Positions 52,093 through 64,000 of a DNA stretch of 64,000 nt are shown here, piece after piece. This DNA is from Callorhinchus milii (taxonomy: Eukaryota), in assembly GCF_018977255.1 (NCBI RefSeq), contig NW_024704742.1, positions 60,390,001 through 60,454,000 of the forward strand, written 5' to 3'. A model generated the notes under the pieces. That model was not told the origin of the DNA, made no database searches, and saw only the letters and a program-made list of their open reading frames with translations. Numbering within the stretch: the first letter of the stretch is position 1; the number at the start of each line of letters is the position of its first letter. The translations under genes were made by a program, and so were the position numbers.

Positions 52093-53065
52093 CATGTTAA
52101 TGTTCTAATTTATAACATTAACTCTTCGAGTACTGGGGGAATGATGAAGATCCTGAATAAGGACCGATTTTGTATCTTTCCAAACTCAATCATTGTGACT
52201 TAAAAACTCCACAATAATAAATCTACTCAGACATCAAAATAGCTTCACTATTCTTAAGGTTGATCTCAACCCACTAAATAAATGCTGAAAATACAATTAA
52301 TAATAAAATATTTAAAACCATTATATTTTCCTCTCTTTAATCTCTCTGTTAGATTTTGTTATTTTAACATTGGTTGCATTATTTTCTACTTGTTCTCACC
52401 ATTTCTCTCTTGTTAGCTTTTTTTACGAACTTTCTTGCTTTCAGGTCCCAACATCAAAATACATTTGCTCATACTTCATAGTAAATCCTGTTCAAGCATT
52501 GGAGATGTTCTCTTGACACAAACTACGCAATATCAAAAGCAAGAACTATTAATAAGTTATGCTTTTTTGGAAGTTGTGCTGAAGGATGTATTTTTTAGAA
52601 GTCACTTTTAATTGAAAGCTTAAAAAAATTAGAAGGTTGACAAGCCACAAGAAACACAGAAGCAAATCTGCAATTTCTGACCCAGAAAAAGAAGACAGCA
52701 TTGGGTGGGGAGCTTGCGAATACTTCAAATGAAAACAAGCATTCAGCAACACTCAAGTAAAGATAGTGCCTGCTGTAAATATATATTGGTGGTGTTTCAA
52801 GTGTTAACATGTTACCCTATCTGAATATTAGCTATAAATACAAACATGAAAAATCCCAAATGCTTTGCTTCCACTTAAACTAATAAATAATTAATGAACA
52901 GTCAGATTTACGATTCCCAGACTTTCAGGGAAGGTGAAAGAGTGAGGAAAAGCATCTTTGATGTTGGAAATCTGCAATAAGAACAGAAAATCCTGCAATA
53001 TTTGATTGATCGACACTTGAAAGAGAAATATTGGCTAATACAGTATTTTAGTCATGATGCTTCAT

Positions 53066-53320
53066 AATAATAGTAATCCTTGCATTTGATATAGCACTTT
53101 TCACGTCGGGCGGACGTCCCAAAGTGCTTCACAGAACACACTGTAAAGTGAATTGACTGTATATTTGTGGGCGAACACGGCAGACAATTGCGCACAGCAA
53201 TGTCCCACAAACAGTCGTAGATTGAAAATGACCAATTTATTATTGTTTTGGGTTTTGGAGGGATTATTATTAGGCGTGTGGAGTAAGGAAACTTGCCCAA
53301 GATTTCGCCCTGTCTGGAGA
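53066..53320 (-). mobile_element. SINE family A, short form
   Basis: Near-identical to the reverse complement of 18540-18800. Confidence 0.9.
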
Positions 53321-53357
53321 TTCATCCAATCTGCAGATCAGTCTTTTGCAGGTAGAC

Positions 53358-53588
53358 CGCCCCAACCATCCTACCATCGGTGGCCGGGCCTTCAGCCTCT
53401 CAGCCCCTAGGCTCTGGAACTCTATCACCCAGTGCCTTTGCTGCCTCCTCCCTTTCCTCCTTCAAGGCCGGTCTCAAGACCTTTCTCTTTGACCGTGCCT
53501 TCAGCTCCCCACTCGACTCTCTACCCCCTCCTTGCTTCCTCCCTTCCCTCCCCCTGTCCATTTCCCCCCTGCTTAGGTCCTGACCCAA
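53358..53588 (+). mobile_element. L2 3' fragment closely related to the copy at 14570-14800, lacking the tail
   Basis: Long identical runs such as GCCGGTCTCAAGACCTTTCTCTTTGACCGTGCCTTCAGCTCCCC. Confidence 0.9.
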
Positions 53589-56500
53589 GGTGTTGCCTCT
53601 AGATATAAGATGAAGATCCACAGAAAGGAGTGACTCACTCAGTTTTCTTCACACTGCAGCTTCTTTACATTGTCAGAACTGTATTGTAAACCAAGTCATA
53701 AATTCTGTAATTCTTTTGCGAAATAAATACAGATATATTGCAATGCATGATTTTTACTTTGGTCAGCTGGGTGCCTGAAACACGCGGAATCCCATCACCA
53801 TACTTGTGCAATTGTTGCACAGATTTCATGCAAGGCGATTTTTTATTCCAAAAATGTAAGTGAATCAACAGTATAGTTAAGAAATAGTGTACAGTTTAAT
53901 TGTAGAGTTTAAGGAAAAGTGAGACAATTGTTAAGCATTTAATAGGAAAGGAAACACAGAGAGGGTCACAGAAATAGCTCTGGGTTCATTTTTACACAGG
54001 GATGTTATTTTTCCACTGATAATGCATTCAAGTGAAAATGTGTCAATTATATTTTATGATAATAGCTGAGTTTAACAAATGATGGCAATTAGCAGCATTT
54101 GCAGAAAGAAAGGATCAATGCAATATGACACAAGAAAGCAGGACATTTGAAGGCATGAGACAGAACAATTATTTATTTCAGTAAAAACGTGGAAGGTTTA
54201 TGCAGTATTTACCTGAATAGACAACTGGCTAACGATCATTGTATCTTCAATTTGTCTGGATAGTTTAATATGGTTACGGTACTTTAGTCTAGTGCAGGAC
54301 TTAACCTGGCCAACAATCCACCAGAGAAATTTGCTCATTCATGTCATGGCTGGTTGTGGGACATTAATGTGTTCAAATTGATTGTCACTTTTGCCTACAA
54401 AATACATATTCCCTACACCTTGCAGTAGAATATGTGAAGCGCTTTGAGATGTCCTCCTGATGTAATTAGAGCAAAATCAAACGCTAGGATCATTTATAAG
54501 TAGCAGTTGTAGTAGTTAATATTCTAAAAATAATAATAATAATTTAGTTAATCAATCCATGACTGTTTGTGGGACATTGCTGTGCCCAATTGGCTGCTGC
54601 AATTTGCCCATAAATATACAGTCAATTCACTTTACAGTACATTCTGTGAAGCACTTTGAGACGTCTAGAAGATGTGAAAAGTGCTATATCAAATGCAAGG
54701 ATTATTATATATAAACTTTGTTTAATATTTTAAAATGGGTTCTGAAACTATTGCAGCATGGTACCTTAAAGTAGCATTTCTTAAGGCAGGATATGCTGAA
54801 ATGATCACTGTGTGAAGCCATTGCTCTGTGAAATGAACATTATTGTGGGTGGTAGTTAACAGTGTAATAAAGTGTTAGGAAAGAGGGATTCCTCAGTTAT
54901 ATTTATAAATGTTATGCCATACGTGGCTTGCATATGGTCTTGAATGCAAGATGTTGTTTCTCAACAGGCCTTCATTCTGAGCCAACAGGGGAGCATGGGA
55001 AACATTTTGACAAAGGAAATCCATCTGACATTCTCTTTATTGAACCTGATACTCTGTCTGTGAAGGCAGCAGATGCCACCCAGCTCTGACTGACAAAATA
55101 ATTATATTGCTGGTTAAATTCCAACCAGGTGGTTTCAAACCACATGCAACATGGGAGGTTAAGGAGTGTGCTCTTCATTGAAAGGCACTTTCCAGCTGTG
55201 GGCTGACGTCTATGGAATAATAATAATATAATAATAATAATAATCCTTGCATTTGATATAGCGCTTTTCATGTCAGGAGGACATCCCAAAGCGCTTCACA
55301 GAACACACTGTAAAGTGAAATTTCTCAGTTATCACATCTTTTAATGCAATAAAAACACATCTTCTAACTTTGTTTCTCTTATTGTCGATAACCCATTATG
55401 CCTGTTTTTTCTATTATATCTGCAACTAGTATATGCTTAAAATTTGCATTACTACAACTCTCATTCTCACCAGAATCCATTGAGTCCCTGTTGCTCAATG
55501 GATTGACTTCAAGATCATTATCCTGACCTACAAATCCTTCCATCCACACCCTCATACCTCCCTACCTCTATGGTTTCCCCCTGCCTCACTCTTCTGCTCG
55601 CCCCCTCTGCTTGGCAAACTCTCACCTGCTACACTTCCAGATAAAGTAAAAATGAAACAGTCATTAAAATGACAAAAGTGTTATGGATCAGGGGTAGTTT
55701 TTCCCATTTCTTCAGTAGATCAATTTGTTTCTTTATTCACTGAACAAATGTTTCAGCTTAGCGTTTCCAAGACACCGTTTTACTTTATACAGTATTATGA
55801 GACTGACCAGATTTGTCATTGCCCATCATTGACTCATGAATGGATATCTAATGGCCTGACATTCATAAAGTAGGAATGCTGGAATGCTTTCACCTCCAAT
55901 TACTGGGGGAGGGGGGATACCACTGATGTTAAACAACCTCAAAGGAAAGATCAAGTGTAATCTAAACACTTAGCTCATCTCTAACCCAGGTCATTTGAAG
56001 AATCCTTAACATGTAAAGTAGTGATTAATGGAGACTGAAGTTAACACGATTACTTGTGTCACTAAAATGGAAGAGCTGGCCTGACATATGTCATTGATAA
56101 TGTGATTCAATTGCTGACTGCCTTACTCAAGCAAACACCTGGATCATTTTCTCAAAGGCAACACCATGATGTGGCAGCCTTTTAAGTGGAGGCACAGTCA
56201 GAGAATGTTTTTCGGTCATTGTTCCCCTGAAAGAAAGGATCTGCTCATTGTCTTGGCAGTGGAGAAGAGGTCACTAAGTAGTGACATTCATGGGAAGAGG
56301 TAATGTACAATAGTGAAGATGATATGAAGAAACATGAGGTTTTGGTGTGCAAAAGCAAGGAGGATTCATTTGACTTTGACACCTAACATTTATATTGTAC
56401 CCCACAATATAATAATAATAATCCTTCTATTTGATATGGCGCCTTTTCATGTCTTTGAGACATCCCAAAGCACTTCACAGGATATAGTAAAAAAAATGGA

Positions 56501-57164
56501 TTGACTGTGTATTTTGTGGGCGAAAGATGGCAGCCAGTTGTGCACAGCAATGTCCTACAAACTGTTGTTGACTGATTTTTTTATTTAAGAAGGATTGTTG
56601 ATATGAATATCAGTTGTTATGAAGGACTAATCATGACAGACATGGAAATATCCAAACTATTCCATAATCTCAACAACAGAAGGAGACAGCAGGAGCATTG
56701 TTTATTGTGGAGGTCAGGGAGGAGGATAAATGATAAACAATGCAAAGCACACTCAAGTCAGATATTTAATTTCTCAACTCTACCTGGATTTCAACAAATG
56801 GGTATATTATGTAGAGGGAGAATATTGTAATTATATGGTAGAACGCTGCTTATAAATCAGACAAAGGCATATTTGCAGCAGAATAAACTGCTCTATGTCA
56901 GCAACTGTAATTATCTAATGAACTAATTCATAGGCAATTTTGCTAATGAACTTTCAAACATTAGTACATTGATCCCCTGGGTAATTCGGGTTACTTTACT
57001 CATTAATGTGTTATCCTCTCAGGGATATTGTTGTGCTTTAAGTCACATCACTCTGCTTTAACATTTCCACTAACTGCACAGAAGCTTCCACTGCCACAAT
57101 AAATTTCATACAGGGTGATATTCAAATAACGTGGATCCAGCATTGTATTAGTTTCAAAGATAAA

Positions 57165-57242
57165 TGTATATATGTATATGTATATATATGGTGTTTTGAC
57201 ATGTTATATATGTAATATATATATGTACTATATATATATAAA
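57165..57242. repeat. Degenerate (TA/TG) microsatellite
   Basis: Direct inspection. Confidence 0.85.
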
Positions 57243-57457
57243 TGTGCCTAGCATTTTTGTAGAATGGGAAAGGGTGACTTTCTTTCTCATGCTCTTCCAT
57301 TTATCACAGAGGTATTAACATACACAGGAACTCTTTCCTGAAATAATTCTAAAAGCATCAGTGCTGCTATCAATATTATGATGTTAGATATGTGTTGTGC
57401 TAATTTTTCATCATTATTATGCTGAAATTCACTCTTGTAATAAGTTTTCCAAATGCA

Positions 57458-58542
57458 GTGCGGCATGGATACAGAACTGGCCGGGAGACAGAAAGCAGAG
57501 AGATGTGGTGAATAGCTATCTTTCTGACTGGAGTCAAGTGTGCAGTGATGTCCCCCAGGAGTCGATATTGCCACTACTGCTGTTTTTAATCTATATAAAT
57601 GACCTGGATTTGGGTATAGGAAGTACAATTTCCATGTTTGCAGATGATACTAAGCTAGGAAAAGTAGTAAACCGTGAGGAGGAGGATAGCAGCAAGAGGA
57701 CATAGACAGACTGTTAAAATAGGCAGATACATGGCAGATGAAGTTTAATGTGAATAAATGTGAAGTGATGCATTTGGGAGGAAGAATGAGGAGAGGCAAT
57801 ATAAGCTGATGGTACAATCTTAAAGGGGTGAAGGAACAGAGAGACCTGGGGGTTCATATAAGTAAATCTTTGAAGGTGGCAGGACAGGCAGATAAAGCTA
57901 TTAAAAATAAAAGCATACAGGATACTAGATTTATAAAAAGGGGCATAGAATACAAAAGCCAAGAAGTTATGATGAACCTTTACAAAATAGCAGTTAGGCC
58001 TAAGCTAGAGTATCATTTTCGGCACTACACATCAGGAAGGATGTCAAGGCATTGGAAGGGGTGCGAAGGAGATTTTCCAGGATGGTACCAGGAATGAGAG
58101 ACTTCAGTTATGAGGAGAGGTTAGAGAACCTAGGATTATTCTCCTCAGAGCAGAGAAGGATAAGAGGAAACTTAATAGAAGTTCAACATCATGAAGGGAT
58201 TGAATAGGGTGAACAAGGAGAATCTATTTTGATGGGTGGGTGGGTCGGTAACCAAAGGGCACCGATTCATCATAGTTGTTAAAAGAAACAGAGGGGAGGT
58301 GAGGAGAAATGTTTTCATACAGCGAGTTCGGATCTGGAATGCATTGCCTGAAAGGGTGGTGGAAGTTGATTCAATAGCAACTTTTAAGAGATAATCTTTT
58401 GGGATGTAAAAGTTTGCAAGGTTATGGGGAGAGAGCAGGGAGTGGGACTGATTTGGATAGCTCTTTTCAAAGAGCCAACACAGACACGATGAGCCAAATG
58501 GCCTCCTTCTGTGCTGTATCATTCTATAATTCTATAATTCTA
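57458..58542 (+). mobile_element. CR1 LINE, 5'-truncated (RT C-half and 3' UTR)
   Basis: VPQESILPLLLFLIYINDLD..FADDTKLG and GIEYKSQEVMMNLYK; tail ATTCTATAATTCTATAATTCT. Confidence 0.95.
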
Positions 58543-59501
58543 AATGATCTTTATTTACATGATAAATGAGGATCATAGCCATATGAACTATACAAATGAA
58601 TATAATAATAATCCTTGCATTCGATATAATGTCTTTTACATTGTCAAAACTTTTCAAAGTACTTCACAGGATACACTGTAAAGTGGATTGACTGTGTACT
58701 TTGTGGGCAAATAGAAGATATATCTCATTAGTTCAAACTACAGAGCTCAAGTGACCATATACTTTGCTTTCTCTCCAACTCCATTCTTGTCCATTTCTTC
58801 TTATTCCTCGCTGCTGGCCCATGATCTAGAAACTTATTCTGTTTCAATGACCTAATTTATTCTAATGCTGTCCGTTGCTATGATAATCTTCTGTTGAAAC
58901 TATCTGTCATGTGACCTTTCATCCTAATACCCAGTTCTACGACCCACAATTAATGAATAGAATAAGGATTTATTTTTAAGCATTAGATTTCATCCAACAC
59001 AACTTTGAATGGTTTTGACATGTTGTGAAATTACAGCAGCGTGGCAAACATTGCACAACCTTGAACAGTGAGATAAAAATTAATATTCACCTGATGGTTG
59101 TTCGTGGAACTCTTCTGTGCACAAAATGTCTGCCAGACTTGCCAACAAAACCTGTCATACACTTGACAGTAACAAATGTTGAGATGTTTTGACATCACAG
59201 GGATGGAAAATTGCAAGTTCTTATCTTGAGTGCAGCATTGTACTCAAAGAGTTAGCATTCAGCCTGCCAAATAATTATTAATCTCATTAGTACAACAAAT
59301 GATATGATAGGTGTCAGTTTTCCTTTCAGTTTTCTGTAGAGAAGGATTCTCTTTATTCAATAGTCTTTATCAGCTGAATACAGCCTCAGCTCTCAGATAT
59401 AGGTGCACAGTTATCAGTGAAGGAATAGAAATTGTGAAAAGAAGATGGAAAGAAAAGAACTGCACAACTCTTGAAAGTAAATTCAATATTTTCTACAATA
59501 C

Positions 59502-60420
59502 TGTCAGCCTGGCTCAGTTTGTGGCATCTTGTCTTTGAGTTGGAAGATCATGGGCTCAAGCCCCATGTGGGACTTCAATAACAACAACAAAATTGTATTT
59601 ACATAGTGCCTTTCACATTGGAAGGACACCCAAGATGCTGGACAGTTAATGGTTTGCGCCTGAGCTGGGGGATGGAATCCGGTTGTTAGTCGATTGGTGG
59701 ATCGTTTTTCCGGGGATAATAATCCCTTCAAAAAATAATAAGAAGAATTTGGTTGCTCACTTTGCAAATATTTGTGGGACACTGCTCTTCTCAATTGACT
59801 GCCATGTATCACCTACAAAATATACAGTCAATTCACTTTACAGTATATTCTGCAAAGCGCTTTAAGACGTCTCAAAGACATGATAAGGTGCTATATCAAA
59901 TGCAATGATTATTATTAAGAGGATCGAGGGTAAGGGGTGGGTGGGAGTGTGGGCAAAAGCACGATCAAAGAGAAAAGTCTTGGGATGGATCTTGAACAAT
60001 GCAAGGGAGGGGGTGAGGTGCAGGAATTCTGTGATGGAGATCCAGAGGGTGGGGGCAGAAAAGCTGAATGGACATGTTGGTGTTAATAGGTTGCAGAAGT
60101 AGGCAGGAGCAAGTACTTCAAACTCACATCATCTCGCCTGACACTCCAATACTGTGTTAAGAGTGCGCTGCATTGCCAGAGACACCGTCCTTCAGATGAG
60201 AAATTAAACCGAAGTCCTATCTGCCAGGTCGAGTGGGTATTTGAGATCCTATTGACACTATTTGTAAAGTAAAGGTAGTTTTCACTCAATGACCTGGTCA
60301 ACAGTGCCCCATATGAAATTGTGAGTTTACTGCGTGACTGTTTATGGGACTTTACTGTGCGTACATCAGCTGTGTGAAGATCTGCAAAATACCCAGTCAC
60401 TACATTTTACAGTAAATCCT
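59502..60420. mobile_element. Triple nest: DeuSINE (+) containing an L2 3' end (-) containing SINE A (+)
   Basis: Deu head 59502-59575; L2 59576-59680 and 59920-60070; SINE A 59680-59917; Deu body 60130-60420. Confidence 0.8.
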
Positions 60421-60817
60421 ATGTGTTGTTGCAAAGGGGTAAATACATGGGGTAAAATTTCAGATGGGTTTAGATTTATTCTACTGACATAACATTTAGA
60501 ATATCCATAACTTGGCCAATTTTTATATTGAACTTTGACAGCAGTTTTATGTAGTTAAAAGAATTTCCAGAAAAAAACGGCTTCAAAGTTAAGACGGTAT
60601 TTAAGAATTTGTCACATTATATACTTGGAAATGTTACATTCACAAGATCATGAGGTTGTTTCACATGAAGAATACCCTTCTGCTCATCTGTTCTCAACGT
60701 TCTCGATTACCCACCTAACTCTCCTCCCATCACAGCATCAAGAGTTTGTTTTAAACTGAGTCCTGTGTCCTGGAAAGTTGTTCAAGTCATTCAACCTTCA
60801 TGGTTCTGTCTTTGATT

Positions 60818-61345
60818 GGTTCAGATCCTCCACAAGCTGCAGATCTGCCAGAACTCTACTGCTCGTGTCCTCTCCTGCACCAGTCTCCGTGACTCCTTGA
60901 CCCATCCTCGCCCGGCTCCACTGTCCCACCATCCCCCAGAAGATAGAGTTCAAAATCCTTATCCTCACCTTCAAAGCCCTCCAAAGCCTTGTTCCCTCCT
61001 ACCTCTGTTACTTACTAATCCCCTATCAACCTGTCCACTACCTCTACTCACCAGGCTCCAGCCTGAACCCCTGCCCGACCCACCCTGCCATCGACAGTCG
61101 GGCCTTTAGCCTCACTGCCCCCATCCTTTGGAACTGCATTGCACAGTCCCTGCACTTTATTCCCTCTCTTGCCTCCTTCAAGACTCGCCTCAAGATCTTC
61201 CTTTTTGACCGCTCCTTTGGTCACCCTCCTGCCCTCCACCCTCCCTATCCCAACCCGCTGCTAAGGTCCAATTCCCTGACTGTCCAGCGTTTTGGGACAT
61301 CTCCTGACTTGAAAGGAGCTATACAAATGTAATTTGTTGTTGTCC
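60818..61345 (+). mobile_element. L2 LINE 3' fragment
   Basis: LHKLQICQNSTARVL..IEFKILILTFK..FKTRLKIFLFD; TTGTTGTTG tail. Confidence 0.9.
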
Positions 61346-63112
61346 TCTTCTACTCTCTTGCTGCACTCTAAAGTATTGTCCTGGTTTTGTGTTCAATCCC
61401 ATTTAAAATTTAAATACCTCTATGAGGTCCCCCCTTTAACGGAGTAAGTCTAATCCTAGGTAAAATTTCCACCCTACAGTTCTTTAAGGCAAAGAGCATT
61501 AAATGTACGTACTATGAGATGTTATCCTATGTGAAAAGCACTTTGTAAATGTAAGTTGTAGTAAGTAAGCTGTGTGGAGAATATACTTAGTTCTGTTGAA
61601 GCAAGCATTTTTTTAAGTACTTTATAATAAACAAAATGATAATTCAACTCCAAAGTCTTTACATGAGCAGTCATAAAGATTTCATTTTGATGGGATATTT
61701 TTATAGCATGTAACTGCTCTGGGAGTTGAATCTAAATAGCTTTACAGATTTTATGACAACTAATTTTGCTTCAATTATAACTAAATGGAGTAAACTTTTT
61801 CATCAAATCAGTGTCATACCAGACCCTGTGACACTATTCAAAAAGGAAAGAGAGCTGATTCCAGCATCCCAATGCCAACAAACCCCTGGATAAAATTCAT
61901 TATTCACTTCATGGTTGTTGTGGGCATTTACAATCTATTTATATGTAAATAACCTAATGTAAATAAACCTGGCCTAACGCTTTCCAGAATTAGATAAGCA
62001 GGATGCATCCCTCCAGGGAGATAGTACGCATAATAAGTATCTCTGGAATTTCCATGTATAGATGGGATGCATGGAATTCTGTTTGGTTTGTACATTCTTA
62101 AACATGGTGATGGGTTTTTGCATGCGTCAGACACCCAGCTGACAAAAAAAAGCTTCACTCTTCTGCGCCCACTCCCGAGCGCATTTAAACGAAAGAGGAT
62201 TTATGCAATGGATTAAGTGGGTGAATCCAATATATATTTCTTATCTATTTGAATGAGCAAAACTGTGAATCATCAATGGGTCCAGTTCAATCCATTTGGA
62301 AGAGATAAATGGAAATGAAGTGAATGGTATTTATTGTGTTGAAATATTAAAATGTTACAGTCCAATACCCTTTCCATTGTGCGTTTACACATTTGGAAAC
62401 CTTTTCTTATGTTAAACTGCAACAACTGATAACAAAGCTTTTTTGCAATTTTGTGGAAAGAGGTTCAGCTATGGATACAGTTTTAAACAACAATATGTAT
62501 TGTTAGGTTAATTAGAATGCATTGTACTTTCACTAAGTATGACAGGAGTACAGTGAATCCTCATTCAATATACATTTGAATTTTTTTATTACTTTTCCTC
62601 TGACATGAACAAATTGAATTGAAAGTTATTATAGATATCAAGAGCATTTCTTTGTGAGAGTGATCCCATGTAGGCAACAAGTGCCACAGAGCAGGAAAAT
62701 GAAAACACGCTCAACACAATGAACTGGGACCCAAAATTAAAATGGCTGGAATGTAACCAGAAATAGGGAGTCTTATCTGAAATTTCTTTTTGAGTTCACA
62801 AAAGAGTTCCAAAGCAACATAGATTTAGTTGTGAAAGTTAAACACAAAGGCCAGGCTTTTTTTATATTCATGCCTTGATTAAGTCCTCTCTGTATGTGCC
62901 TGCACCAACTGTACTGAGACTCACTGGAGCTGTTTATCACTACTTTCTGAGATAGAGTTTCACCTCAACTACAAAGGCAATTGCACTTGGAAACGCAAGG
63001 TAAACAACAAGGTTTGGCTTAAAGTTTGAAGCAGGGCTTCCACTATCATTTTTATGCAATGGAAAACGTCCTCTCAGCATTTATTTACAAAGATCACAAG
63101 GAACGTTTGCCT

Positions 63113-63465
63113 ACAGCCTATTGGTGAGAGCACTCGCCTCACAAGCAAGAGGATCTGAGTTTGATTCCCAGGCAGGGCACAAGCTTACTCAAGTTTCATT
63201 ACTCCACATGCTTCTGTTTACCTAGTATAACGTTGGAACCCAGTTGTTAGTCAATTCGCGGATTGTTTTCCAGGGGTATAATCCCTCCAAAAAAAAAGTG
63301 GTCTTTCAATCATGACTGTTTCTGGGACACTTCCATGCGCAATTGGTGCTGCGTCTCACCCACAAATACACAGTCAATCCACTTTACAATATATTTTGTA
63401 AAGCGTTTTGAGACATCTCAACAAAATGATAATGCACTATATCAGATGCAAAGATTATTATTAGT
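63113..63465 (+). mobile_element. SINE family A, long form
   Basis: GAGCACTCGCCTCACAAGC head, TCTGTTTACCTAG block, Deu-like block and (ATT)n tail. Confidence 0.88.
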
Positions 63466-64000
63466 ATTATATACTGATTTAACTGAATGGATAATGCTTT
63501 CGAAAATGTCTGCCCTTCTCAATAAAATTTCAAGAGCACACACTATGCATACATGATAAGGAGCTATATAAAATAATATATATATAAAATAAAATGCATG
63601 GATTATTGTAAGTTTGGATGAAGAAGGCCCACTGTCCTCGCAACGCTAAAAGCGCTATACAAATGTAATCTTGTTGTTGTTGATCTCATCCTTCTGGAGT
63701 ACCTGATTTACCCTCCCCCCATCACAGTATCCAGCTGTTTTTTTAAATGAGTCCACCTTTCTTGGTATTCTGTTCCAGTCGTTAATTGGAAAAAAATACT
63801 TCCTGGTGTCTCGTCCTGAAATTGCCCTTTACAAACATAAATCTGTGCACTCATGTTCACAGGATAAAGGCCTAACCAGATTAGGCTACAACAGCATCCC
63901 CAAATAAACTCTGAAAGAACATATTTTGGGCTTCAAGACCTCAGGCTGCTTAAGAACTACTTATCTCTAAACCAGAACAGAAGGTCTGCAAGAAAATTAC

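Noticed and set aside
52589..55110. Plus-strand exon-like pieces near 52589-52756 and 54968-55089
   Set aside because: The first has an internal stop and the second is short with no recognisable homologue; insufficient support.
1..64000. CRISPR arrays, operons or prokaryotic systems
   Set aside because: The sequence is vertebrate-type; there are no regularly spaced repeats and no gene-dense regions.

Overview
Eukaryotic, AT-rich, repeat-dense genomic DNA. The repeat inventory (DeuSINEs, L2 and CR1 LINEs) suggests a cartilaginous fish, probably a chimaera or elephant shark; this is an inference. I recognise no intact host protein-coding gene, rRNA, true tRNA or CRISPR array, and most listed ORFs are LINE or SINE fragments or chance ORFs. 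Contents: (i) many copies of two tRNA-headed SINE families sharing a Deu-type domain and an (ATT)n tail; (ii) about 15 5'-truncated L2 LINEs with (GTT)n tails; (iii) several CR1 LINEs, including a 3.3-kb copy with ORF1 esterase, APE and RT; (iv) a decayed RTE fragment; (v) a probable solo LTR; (vi) an unclassified A-tailed repeat in five copies. The most notable item is a heavily decayed gene of about 1.7 kb on the minus strand (~28725-30410), which the ORF track shows only as two short fragments. Stitched across frameshifts, it reads as a class I viral fusion/envelope protein: cleavage site, GLFG fusion peptide, heptad region, Cys-rich domain and TM anchor. Weak integrase-like scraps lie upstream between the CR1 insertions. 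Together these suggest a fossil endogenous retrovirus-like element with an F-type Env. All coordinates were read by eye and repeat boundaries are approximate.
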